Shown: in pieces, positions 1 to 11,194 of the stretch
Layout of the letters: the number at the start of each line of letters is the position of its first letter
How positions within the stretch are numbered: position 1 is the stretch's first letter
Assembly (NCBI GenBank): GCA_036172245.1
Contig: JAYWIR010000060.1
Coordinates: 248,001 to 312,000 of the forward strand
DNA from: Raillietiella orientalis
Lineage: Eukaryota
Direction: 5' to 3'
Length of the DNA: 64,000 bases
Program-made: the position numbers and the translations under genes
The notes under the pieces: model-generated
Databases searched by the model: none
What the model was told of the DNA's origin: nothing
What the model saw: the letters and a program-made list of their open reading frames with translations, nothing else

Positions 1-1319
1 ATACCTCTCGAATGACGCAATCTTTAAAAAGTCGGTATAAATGTGCTCTCGCATTGCTTTCCTTTTTTTTTTTTCTCTCTTTCTGACATTCCCCTCGAAT
101 ATCCTTTCTCGGTCTCGAAACTTTCACAAAACGGACTTGGAAATTCCACGTGTGCTGCGAATAATCATATTGCTGTCATTTGCTATGACGGTACGGTTCG
201 ATCTTGGGTGGTTTCATTTTGTTCAAGTCCTGTGAAGGATTCCAGATTTTTGCCTGTTTTGCTCCAAGCAGCACATTCTTCTTCTACTGACAAGATAAAA
301 AAAAAATTTTTCTGCGGTTTCTTCTGAGAAATGCCCACGAGCAGCATTTATGAGCAAGCACTGCGCAAACAGGCGGCACTTTTTCTCAGCACGGGGGGGA
401 ATCCCATCAACTCAATTCTAAACAGTGGAAGAAACAGCCTCTTGGAGTAAATAAGTGGCTTTGGAAAAAAAGTAAGAGGCTGAGCAAACAGCCATGTGGA
501 TTTGTGGAGTGATACCTATGGAATACCATTACACGGAAAGCAAACAAACGGACGGCATGAAATAGGCAGGCATTCTGAATTCAGTTGGCCCACAGCGAAA
601 AGAGCAACTTCATCGAATGGAGACCCACACGGTCATTCCCTGAAATCGCATCGTATGGTTGCTGCCCACGGGCTCGTAGTGGTCTCCTGCGCGATGATTT
701 CATTTCGGGTCCCGACGTTCAGATTAAGCCTTGCTGGTTACAGAGCACGTGGTGTCTGAGGTTTGCCACTTTTGCGTCTGTGGAGAAGGGCGTCAACGTC
801 AGACGAGCGGGGTCCCCTGTTGTAGGTGACGTTGGAAGATGTCGTGGGTGGCAGGCACTGCTGCTCGTGTCGTGATGCTCGTGTGTGACTCTGTTATCTT
901 GAGCTCGTAACCGCCACGCTAGACATAGTCCAGGATTTTGTCACTACAACTTCCGCCTTGTTTAAAAAACAGTATGATGCACAAGTAAATGACCTCATTG
1001 AGCGATACATGAAAACGGTGAAGCGGTACAAAAAAGTAACGGCAGCTTGAATGGTGGTCAAGAATTTCCAAATCCTCAAACGTCAGAGCAAAGAAAGTGC
1101 TCAGACTATTGGTACGTTCACGAAATTGCACAGAAAAACGACGACCGAAACCACAAGTGTTCAAAGGCACTTGTAAGAAAGAGAAAAAGAAATTTAATAA
1201 GATTCAGTCTGCATGAAAATTCCATGGATTGCACTGCTTCTGCTAGCGTCAAAAATTGCAATCGATAATAAGCACACGCCATGTGATAGTAATAGGGCAG
1301 GTAACTGTGCTCTCTACGT

Positions 1320-1708
1320 TCGCCTTCAGGAACGACGCCAAGAGAGGAAGGCACGACCCTCTTCGCCGTCCAGCCCCCAAGGATCATCTCGAGATCATCT
1401 CATCCCACCTGGACACGGATAAGGAGGAGCTCGCCGGAAGGCTGCAAAGGATGCAGAGGACTCAACATCGCGGGATGCGATCCCTTTCTCCCATTTCCTC
1501 CCCCATTTTTTTTTTTACAAATTGTTCTTTTTTTTTTTTTTTACTTTTTTTTTTTTTTCTTATTCTCCCGTATCCCTCCGTGATCTTTTTGGACCTCGCC
1601 GGCACGCATCCCTTGGATTGTCGGACTTGGTGGGACGTAAATTCCCAGCTGCTCTTGTGTGTTTCTTGTTTTCTAGAGAAGAAACGTCCCGACGCACCCG
1701 GGTGAAAA
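1320..1708 (+). mobile_element. 5'-truncated LINE 3' end
   Basis: tcccacctgg...ctgcaaaggatgcagaggac (1404-1460), T-rich tract at about 1506-1560, and terminal CCCGA-CGCAC-CCGGG-TGAAAA at 1688-1708. Confidence 0.7.
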
Positions 1709-4700
1709 CTACGATGGGCAAAGTAGGAGAATCCTTAGACCTGAAGTAGAGTCTTGATCACACTAAAAAATTTCAAAAACACAAAGAAATCAAAATTGAA
1801 ACAAGACTAAGCTCTCTTTGCTGCCTTCTTTCTGAACGCACCTCTGGACTCAACCAGGCAGCACGCTTCTCCACACTTCTTTCTTTTGGTGGTGACAGCT
1901 CTTTATCAGGGAAAGGTACGAAATGCATTGCGTTATAAGAATCGTCTTCTGATGCAGTGAATTGGGGAGAGGAATATACGGCTAAAGTTAGGGAGGTTTT
2001 GGAACAGTGGAAACAGAATCAAAGTGAACGGAGAACTGGGGCGGCAGGACGAAAGCAAAACAGAAGGAATCGCTATTGGAGGATACATTCAAGAGTCTTT
2101 TTGACTCATGAAATCATGATTTGTCCACGTACATAAAAGTGTTTGAGGTTGTATTATTCGTATTTAAGGTTGTATCTTCGTTCTGAAGCAGCAAAAGAGT
2201 GAGTGGATTGTGCCAAGTGCCCTCACCGTTAGGGGTGTTTATGGGCTGCTCGGTGGGGATTGCGGTGGGACCGAGCCCCAGGTCGACCAGTCCGGAATCG
2301 CAGATGGTCCAGAATCGGGATGCTGAAGCCGCTACTCAGGGAAGCGGTTAAAAACAACAGCCATCATGAAGCAAAAGGGAGAAACTTGAAATCACCTTAA
2401 TGTAAGATGGAAAATTTTGCGAGCGTTCTTGATTCCTCTTGGGCCCCCTGAAGCTGGCGTGAGAAATGCTGTTGGATGATCTTTCTTTCTTTCATTTTTC
2501 CTTGTCAGCATTTGAAATGGGTGCAGCTGGATTAAGGTAATGGGACGGCACGTGCATTTCCGATTCGTGACTGGCAGGACTGACGCATTTGTCGTATGCA
2601 GTTTGAGATAGTTGGATTGCGTGTTTATAATTGTGAGCTGTAAAAATCGGAAAGGTTCGTTTGCTTCAGTCCACCTTTTCAAAGTGACAGTTTGTTGAAT
2701 CCCAACAGGTGGGAGATTCCATGCAGCATCATTCTGTGAGCGGCTCATGTTTGGGGGTACACGAGAAGTGAAATGAGTTAGGGATTCATCTTCATGAATA
2801 CTAGAAAATGTCTGCACATTGATCCCGAGTAATGATTGTATTCTAAGAATGGAGGTTCTCTGCTGGGAGCTAGCAAAATGCTAAAGCCATGTGAAGTTGT
2901 GAGAGGAATTCAGCCTACTTACCTCCCTTGTAGTTATTGAAATTAGTGTTAAGAGCCTCATGCAAAGTACCTGTGTCTTGAGATACATGGAATGGGGAAT
3001 TGTGGGATCTGTATAAAGCAAATGTATTTACAGTACTGACAGTCACTTCAATCGATTAAGTAACTTTATTACTAAGAATGCTGCATCATTAGTTTCAGTA
3101 CATTATGATTTTCAGTCTGATTCTAATTTGGTTGCCTTTGAAGAATTCAATATCAAGCAGCATACTTTGTTTTGTGTGTTTGTCGTTTTCCTTAGATAAG
3201 AAAAAAAAAAAGAATTCTTACTCTTATCTGAGGAAAATCGTACAGCCATAAATGTTGCTTCATGATTCAAGAAAAGTTAAATTAGTGAGGGAAGGCATTG
3301 AAAATCATCTTCCTTCAAAGCCATTTTCATCAGCATCTGTGAGAGTAACAGTTTTGGAAAATGTTGAACTTTGTTCGTTTTCAGGGTGCTTCTGAAAATC
3401 CACTGGAGATACAAGGAAAGCAGTTGAGAGCAGCATTAAATTTTTGTTTGCCTACCATACAATGTGTGCTTTATTTCCTCATGTTGCATGCATTTACAGA
3501 TACTGCAATTCCCTTGCTGTTTACAGTCTTGTATACTTCCTATATGGTTTGGAAAATGTATACACTTACACTGTTTATTCATTTAATAAGAGAAAAAAAT
3601 ACATATTCAATCTTATAAATTGTTAATGTAGTTGAGGAAAAAGTTGACCCATCCCTTAACACAATGAAAGGACTGAATTCATGTAATTTGGAGGTAGTTG
3701 ATGGTCACTTTTAATGGATGATAAAAAAAAAGATGTGAATTGCATTTGTCATAATTTTAAAACTCCTTCGATAGTGATGGTGAGCATAATTTGTTTGCAA
3801 TAATGTTTATGTGCTGCTTTGAAAGTTTGACCCATGTTATTGGATTACAATTGCACTTCCGAAATGTAATGTTTGCTGAGCCATCAACACGATGGCAGTA
3901 ATTTGAGAAAATTCGTGGAGACTGTCGAATCCGCCAACATGCAAACTGTCATTTGTTCAGCATTGATGCGTTGCAAATGCCTCGTTGAGTTGCAATATGT
4001 GAAGGAAACGAAGTCGGGAAAAGCGAGCTGAAGGCGTGGACCTCGCTTTTGTTTTGCGTCACTCATTTTATTGAAAACCGACCCCCAATCACCCCGCCAC
4101 GGGGTCGCGGTGTCTTCTGCGTGTCCGATGCAATGCGGTGACCCCGGGCGCCCCTGAGCGATGCGCTTGAAGGTCTGTCTCGGGCCTTCAGATTGCAGCA
4201 CACCAAACCCCCGTGCGTCCTCGAGTGGGAGAACGAGGGTCCGCCCTTCCAGTCAGGGCGCCCCCATCCGCCCCACGCGACGCCCCCCAACGGGTTCTCC
4301 CCCACTCCCCCCCCCCCCCAAGTTCTTCTGCCCTTGCCCTGCCTCACCGTGGCCGTAAAGCGGGCTCGCATTGCGTTCCATATGCGTCGATGTCACCTTG
4401 CAGTGAATAGCAGCAGCCATCATGTGAAGCAGTGTGCTCCACCGTGCCGCAGGCGTTCTGTCTTCCCTGCTGACACGCGTTTCGCCGAAAAGGAAAGAAT
4501 CTGCCGGCGACCGACGTTGATTTTCTTTCCAGTGGGATTCCTTACGGCCCCATGGGAAGCGCAGAGGGCGGGGACCGCGCCGCTCCTTGTGTGTCTGTGG
4601 ATTGTACGGGCGTTGATTTGCCGTCGCGAACAGCCACGTTCCCCCACCACGCGGTGGCTTCTGTACAGCATGAGGGGAACATCGAGCTGCTGTCGTGGCG

Positions 4701-5129
4701 AGGAGGTGGGTGGGGAAATCGATTTTCTCACCCGTTTCCTGGAGGATCATTTTCCATGCGGTCATCTCAGCCCACCGGGGAAACGCATGCATGATTTGGA
4801 CTTTCAGGTCGGTCAGTGCCCGACCTGAAGATAGCGGTATCAGTTTTGGGAGGTCGCTAGATGAGTTTCGGCATCGGAGCCCTTGCCCAAGAACAAAAGC
4901 TTATTCGGAGGCGGCTAACTTGTTAGGGATGTAGCTCAGCTTTAGCTGGTGACGTAAGCGGACTGCAGAGGACTTCAAGAAGCTTACAACAGCCACGCGC
5001 TGCAGTTTCAAATAACCCCTACGTGGAGGGTCGAAGCCGAGAAATGGGGGTGCGTCGTGGGTTTCCAGTCCCCCCCTTCCGCAGAGTGACTCTGTCTTTG
5101 GCCTCGGCTGGCTTCGGTGCGACGCTGGT

Positions 5130-5901
5130 TTTTTCACCTGGGTTCGCCAGGGCGTTTATTTAAAGCTAAAAGAAACATTCACAATTTCTGTGGTTGGGCC
5201 AGTGGTCCAACCACGTCCTTTCGGTAGATACCCTGCCGTGTTGCCGGTTCGCAGACCGGTGAGGACCACCAAAGGGGAGGAACCAAAGAAAAATAAAACA
5301 ATTTGGGGGGGGCGTACGGAAAGGGATCACAACTGCTGGGGGTGGGCCCTCTGCATCCTTTGGAGGATGCCAGCAAGGTTTTGCTTCATGGAGATGTGTA
5401 GGTGGGGTCATCTGACCGCTATCCGCAGAAAGCGAAGAGCAAAGTGAATGGCCTCCCTGTCGTTGGCTCCTCCGTTGGTGTCTCTCCACGCCGCCACGAA
5501 GCCTGCAAAGTGCTGCGAGGGCTGCGGTTGGCTGCAGGGCGTTTTGCACGAAGAGGAGCTGCATCGCGTCTCTGGCGTTGCCACAGGGAGTTCCAAGGGT
5601 CGCTGCAAAGAGGCCGGAGGGCAACGCAGTCCACTAGGAGGTGGGGGAGGGATTCCCGCTCCCCACACCTTACGCACCAAGTTTGGGTCCACCCCTCCCC
5701 TCCGCGTCCAATGATGCCGGTGGGCGTTGCACGGGAGGCCCCAGTGCAGCAGCATAAACGCCGACTCCTGCCACTTCAAGAGGAGGGCACGGGTGTCCAT
5801 GGCCGGTTGCTGCCGGAAGTCCGCGCTCCTGTGCCGTGGAATTCAGCCGGTCACTCTCAGTATCTGCCCGCGGGGACCCCCGGCCGAATCCATTCTGACT
5901 G
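5130..5901 (-). mobile_element. 5'-truncated LINE copy (ORF2 C-terminus plus 3' UTR)
   Basis: LLKWQESAFMLLHWGLPCNA (zf-RVT-like), caaaggatgcagag, hairpin 5190-5214, and AATAAACGC-CCTGG-CGAAC-CCAGG-TGAAAAAA. Candidate TSD cgctggt at 5123-5129 and 5902-5908. Confidence 0.78.
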
Positions 5902-6029
5902 CGCTGGTGGAAACAGGGAACCCCCGGATGCCCCCTCGTTGGCAGGCCGGGACTGGAAGTAGACCTTCCGGAGTCCTTCCAGGAACCAAGGATCCGGTTC
6001 CCTTCGGAGCTCCCCTCTGGTGGGGAAAA

Positions 6030-6620
6030 TTTCTTCATCCTGAGGACATCAAGAATCCGAAACAACCCAACAGCCAAAATACCCATGAACAAAGCGCATC
6101 AGCCTTCGTTCTTTTACCATTGCCAAAGTCCTCATTCTTCCCATCCTTCGGGGGTGACCCCCTCCAGCGCGTACCACGGAACTGGTGAACTGACACCTCT
6201 CCAGTGTGAGGAAGCGCGCTTCTCCCTTCGGGGAGCTCCTTCTGAGAAATTGGGGAGCGTCCCTTCGGGATTCTCTTCAGAGGAGGAAACGAGGAGCGGC
6301 TCCCTTACTGGGGGTCCCTCCGGAGGAAATAATGAGGATGTTCCCTTTGGGGTTTCCTTCAAAGACAATCAGGGCGAGGGTTCCCTTCGGAATTTCCTCC
6401 CAAGCACGAGAAAGGGGAACGGACAACGGAATCCTTCCTCCGGGGCCCTTCCTGGATCCATAGGGTGATCCCTCCGAGTTAACCCTTAATGACTTGAAGG
6501 GTCACACACCCGGAGGAGGCGGACGGTTCTTCAGCGCTCCTCGAGAACCAAAAAAGAAAAAAAAAGCTGGAAGGAAAGCAACGAAAACAGAAGAACTCCA
6601 AAGGGTTTCCACTATCTCAG
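6030..6620 (-). repeat. Long hairpin-rich 3' UTR of a related LINE subfamily (B); host continues at about 7836-7880
   Basis: Collinear with 24700-25143: shared gacacctctYcagtgtg, ctcccttcggg, gagaaagggga, ttgaagg and gctggaaggaaagca. On the minus strand it follows an ORF2-end-like ggatgat motif and a T-rich tract. Confidence 0.55.
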
Positions 6621-7835
6621 GTAGCTCCCCTCCGCCCTGGTGCGCGCCAGCACTGCTCCTCCTCGCTAAGAGCGTAACCGGCTGTGAGCCCCTCGCGGAC
6701 CTCCTCGTCGCTCGCGAGAGATTGCTGAGGCGGCCTCGTGGACTCCAACTCCGTCAGATGGTTGCCCTGCTGGAGAAGAACACCTATACCCCACCCCACC
6801 CTTCCTCCCGCGAACTGCAGTGCCTGGCTCCAGGAGTCGGTCTTCACCCGGGGAAAGATCCACGGCGCGAGCGAGGCGGGGTACGCCTCTGCCTTCAACG
6901 AGGCATCCACTCTAGCAAGTTTGCTGGAGGAGATCGTTCTCAACCCCCAGAGGTTGCGGTGGTCCTCGTCCTTCCCCCTTGCCCAAGTGCTTCCCTCCCT
7001 AAGGGACGCAAGGGACAGCGTAATTCCGGCAAGGTGGGAAGTGGGAAGTAGTAGCGAAGAAGAAACATTGGGAGCGTGAGCAACTCGGGAATTGACGGAC
7101 ACCGCGACCCCCAATGTCCCATTCCACGGCTTGTGCGTTGGGTTAAACTGCTCGACATCCCTCTGGAGGAGGTGGAGTTGCCCTCAGTGTGCTGGAACAG
7201 TGGCGCCCTTCCCCTCAAGTGGCAGGAGTTGGGGAATCCCGTGAAAAGCGCACCTTCACCACTGGACACGGGGGGGGGAGGGTGAGTGCGAAGTGGGACA
7301 GGTGCACGAAGAAGGAGACCATCCCGCACCGGCTGTGCTGCCATCCAACCCCTTTGGGATGCCCTGCGACAATCCTAGGTATCCGGGCGGGCGTCCCCAG
7401 GACATTCTCAGACGCCTCTTCGTGCGAGGTGCCGCTCTGCCGCACCCCTCGCAGTTCTCTGCTGTCTTCAGGGGATCACGGTGGCCTGGAACGCCGGGAG
7501 AAGAGACCGAAATAGCAAGGAGGCCATCCACTGGCCGCGGATCTTCCAGAGGACCGCCTCGAGATGCCCCCACCTGGGCGAGACACGAGAGGAACTTGCC
7601 AGCAGCATCCTGAACAGGATGCGGAGGACTCCTGGCAGAGTACTGTGCACGCTTCCCCGGTCCCGTGTAAAACTTTGCCGCCCCTGTTCTTGTGTGTTTA
7701 TTTTTTGTTTGGACCCTTCCCCCATGTTGCCCAAGGGACGTCGCCGGTCTGCGTACCGCTCTTCGGCAGGTTCATTGCGCACAAATGTAATTTTATTGTT
7801 TTATATAAGAAATGCTCCTGCGCAACTGGATGGTA
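6621..7835 (+). mobile_element. 5'-truncated LINE copy nested antisense in a subfamily-B relic
   Basis: RWVKLLDIP...GALPLKWQE, knuckle remnant (RCTKKETIPHRLC), tgcccccacctgg...aggatgcggaggac, T-rich tract, and degenerate terminus TCCTG-CGCAA-CTGGA-TGGTA at 7816-7835. Confidence 0.72.
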
Positions 7836-10800
7836 ATCATCCTAGACCAACAGTAACGACCTTCCCATGTGGTCGCTACTGACTATCTTTTTTTTTTTTT
7901 TAAAAAAAAAAAAGAAGTCTGTGATGTTTTCGAAGCTGCAAAAGAGCGGAAGACATATTCCTAGCCCTCTCAACAAAATGATAGGACATGTAAGAGAGTA
8001 CGAGAAGTTTCAGCGGTGCGAAGGTGAAAGAATTCTCGGAACTGCGGTTTGTGCGAATGTTGGTGTCAGAATTCTTTTTTTTTTTTTTTTATGCTGACCG
8101 GTTACGCGACAACGATGAAAAAGGAAAGCTTGTTATGAAGCACTGCTCGGAGACCTTGGTCCTTTCAGGTGCTCGGAGAGCTGAGGCATCGAGAAGCAGC
8201 AGCATCGTGTCGAATCACTTTTTGAAAATCGCAACATGATCCGTCTTCTCCGCCCGGTCACGCATCTGTGCTCTTAATCGAAGCGGATCGGTCACCTGCA
8301 TTCACGTGTGGAGCTGCCGTTGGTGTGCCAAAGGCTCTCTGGAACCAAAAGGGAGCAACGCACCCGTTGGAAAGGGTGCACTCATGAAAGTCTCCGAGCT
8401 GAGGAGACCTTGGAAAGGTGAACTTTGAAAAGGTTCGTTGCCGGGGCAACAGGACTTTTCAGGCTGAACAGGCGGTTCGGATCTTCTCGCGGTGGACGTT
8501 TCGGTCCCTCGAGAAATGTTGCGACGCTCGAAACCAACTGATCCGAAAAAAAGAAGCGCGAATGGAGGATGAAGAAGGAGGAAGCACCAAAGAGCTCTTC
8601 GGTTCTTCAGATGAGACCGGAAAGCGTTCCCTGCGAAACTGCGACGTCAGCGTTTGACGCCAAGATGGCACCATCTGCTTCCTTGTTTCCCCTTCAGCGA
8701 GCGATGGAGCCGCCACCGCTCCGCGACCCCCCTCCCGTCGAAGGTTAACCCGGACTTCCGTCCCCGTGAAAGCAGCTTCGAGCCGTCGGGGTTCACGGCA
8801 CGGGGCCGGGATTTTGAAAGTTTTCGAATGGGAATACCTGGGAAAGGTTTTGGCCTCGCTTTTGGATTCGTGATGGTCAGCGGTGATCGCGCTGTTTGCG
8901 CACTCTGACTTGGAAAAGGGGATCGAAGAAACGGAGCAAAAAGACCGGATTTCTCGCAAGCAGCATTGGGCCTTGGGCGTGGCGGTTTCTCAGCCGAAGC
9001 CCACGGGGCAGATGTTCCGACACAGCCTGATGTTCCGAAAATGCGTGCAAGTATCGAATTACTTGCACTTATTTATATAAAATTAAAGCAGGAGCGGTCA
9101 TAGCTATGACCTGACCGATCATTCAAGAAATTTGCAGGCATCCATTTCTTATAATTTCATCGATTTAAGGAATTTCCTCGACGGGCAGAAGGCGGAGGCG
9201 ATGGAAATTCCTTCCGTACGATGCGCCCTGCATCCAATTTTCCGACCGCTTCGCCTGAATGGGACTTTCATGTCCACCGTTTCTTCTTTTCTTTACCCCT
9301 TTGGCATTTCGTAACTGCGCTCGTTCTCGATCCACAGCAATGATCACCGAATGACCGATATTTTCACGTGAGAAGGTGCAGCATCCTGGGATCAGGTCGC
9401 TTTTTGTTTCGAGGAAACAACCCTCCGAGGCTCTTGTCCGTCCCCCTCGCGCATGGTGTCTTTTTCCTTCTTGCGAAATTCTGACCAGCAGCGCATCTCC
9501 CCTTACGTGTAACTGCAAGTGAGCATCGGACTGGTGCCGCCGTCTCGTAGGAAACCGATGAGGGCGGTCTTCCAGGAAACGCCCTTCCTCCGACAGACTC
9601 GCAAACGGAAGTGTTCAAGCCACTGGGATCGACGGTTTCTTGCCAGCGTGAGCAGAGGGTTCAAAGGGGGAAGAGAATTTTCTTTCTCTCTTTTATTCGA
9701 AAGACCGCGGGGTGCTCGAACGGAGGCCGCGAGATTTCGCCTGAGGAAGAGATGAGTTATACCCCGTCTCAGCAGCTAAAGAGATGAATCGAACAGGTCC
9801 GCCGCGTCTTCCGGGCGCGATTCTCGGATAGAACTGCGGCAAAGATAGTGGATACTCCGGGGGATGCGAATCAGCGACGATCCGCGATTTCATTTGGTGC
9901 TGTCGGACTGACTTGGAGCGATTTCGTTCCGGAGGACCGTCTCATCTGTCCTGGGGACCAGCTGCAACCAAACTAGCTGACCAGAAGGGGGTCGACTCGT
10001 TTCGATCATCGCAAATGGTAATTTTCCAAGAAAAAAAAATGACCACTCGAGTACGGCGGTCGATCGAATGCCTGCGAGAGTTTCTAGAGTGCGCACCGAG
10101 GTCGAAGGTGACCCCCTCCCCTACGCCCCGAGATCTGTCTCGGACCGGCTCTTGCTTGCCGGTCGCTCCTGCTGACCGCAGGTCAAGTCTGCTCTTGCCT
10201 GCCCGCAGGTCTCCGAACGCCGATCCCAGCGCCGCTGGTGCCGTTCTTCGTCCCGTTCTTTTTGCATTCCCTGTGCGCCCATTTCACCGCCAACGGCCAA
10301 AGGGAAAGTCTGCTTGAAGCCAGGAAGCGGAAACACGTTCCGCCTGCCGCCGCCATCATCCCAGGCAGGTCGCTCCTTCCCCGGTTGCTGTTGTTCCCCA
10401 CATCTTCGGAACTGCACGTTCCTCCAAGCTCGCCTTCCGACGGACGGCAGCACTCGTGCTGCTCCTTCGGGAGGAGCAGCACACGAGAATACCGTTTGCT
10501 TCCGGTCATTCCATGGATGGCGTCCGCGTTCGACCTCCGTGTGCGATCGCTATGCGGTCACCGTTGCTGAAGCCAACACCGAGCGAATGCGGTTTTGCGC
10601 CGCGGTTATCGCACTGCGCCATCTCTACGGAGGCTGCGAAAGCGCACACGAACGGCGTCTTCTGCTTGTTCTTCTTATCTTAAAAACCATGTTCTCAGAG
10701 CTCACCTTCCCTCTTTCCAGCACCCGGATCGTGTGGGCAAGCGGCTCCTCAAATGCTCTTGGCTACTATCGGGATCCCCCCCGATGTGTGCCCGATGAAC

Positions 10801-11194
10801 TCGGAGAACGAAGTCCAGCGGGAGGGCAGCCGAGGAGAAGTGGGGCGGGCGCAGGGGATTCTCGTGAGGATTCCCTTGGTTTCTTGTCCGTTGGGCGCAG
10901 CGGACGCGCGAAATGACAGCACGCACCTTCCTTTGGAACGTTGATGTATTGCGTGCGTACACCAAGAGCGCTCCCGTAGCAGCTTTGCAGAGAAGGGAAG
11001 AGAACGCCGCCGCCGGTGTGGGCTCGTTCGGTGACCTCGGCTAGTGCTGGAGGCAGCGTCCGTGGTCAGGGGGCAGCCGTTCCCTTGAGCGACACTCGGC
11101 TCCACGAGTCACGTCGCTCTAGCGCGGGAGGAAGGGGTCCCGGAACAGGTTGGGAGGAACTCACCCCAAGGAGGCTGCTCTTCCCGTCCCTTCG

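Noticed and set aside
920..1050. NDLIERYMKTVK resembling the integrase NG..ER...T.K motif
   Set aside because: It is a single short match with no flanking catalytic motifs.
4420..4800. LDVPLMLYRS (integrase-like) and ILQET (endonuclease-like) on the minus strand
   Set aside because: The motifs are isolated and point to different element classes.
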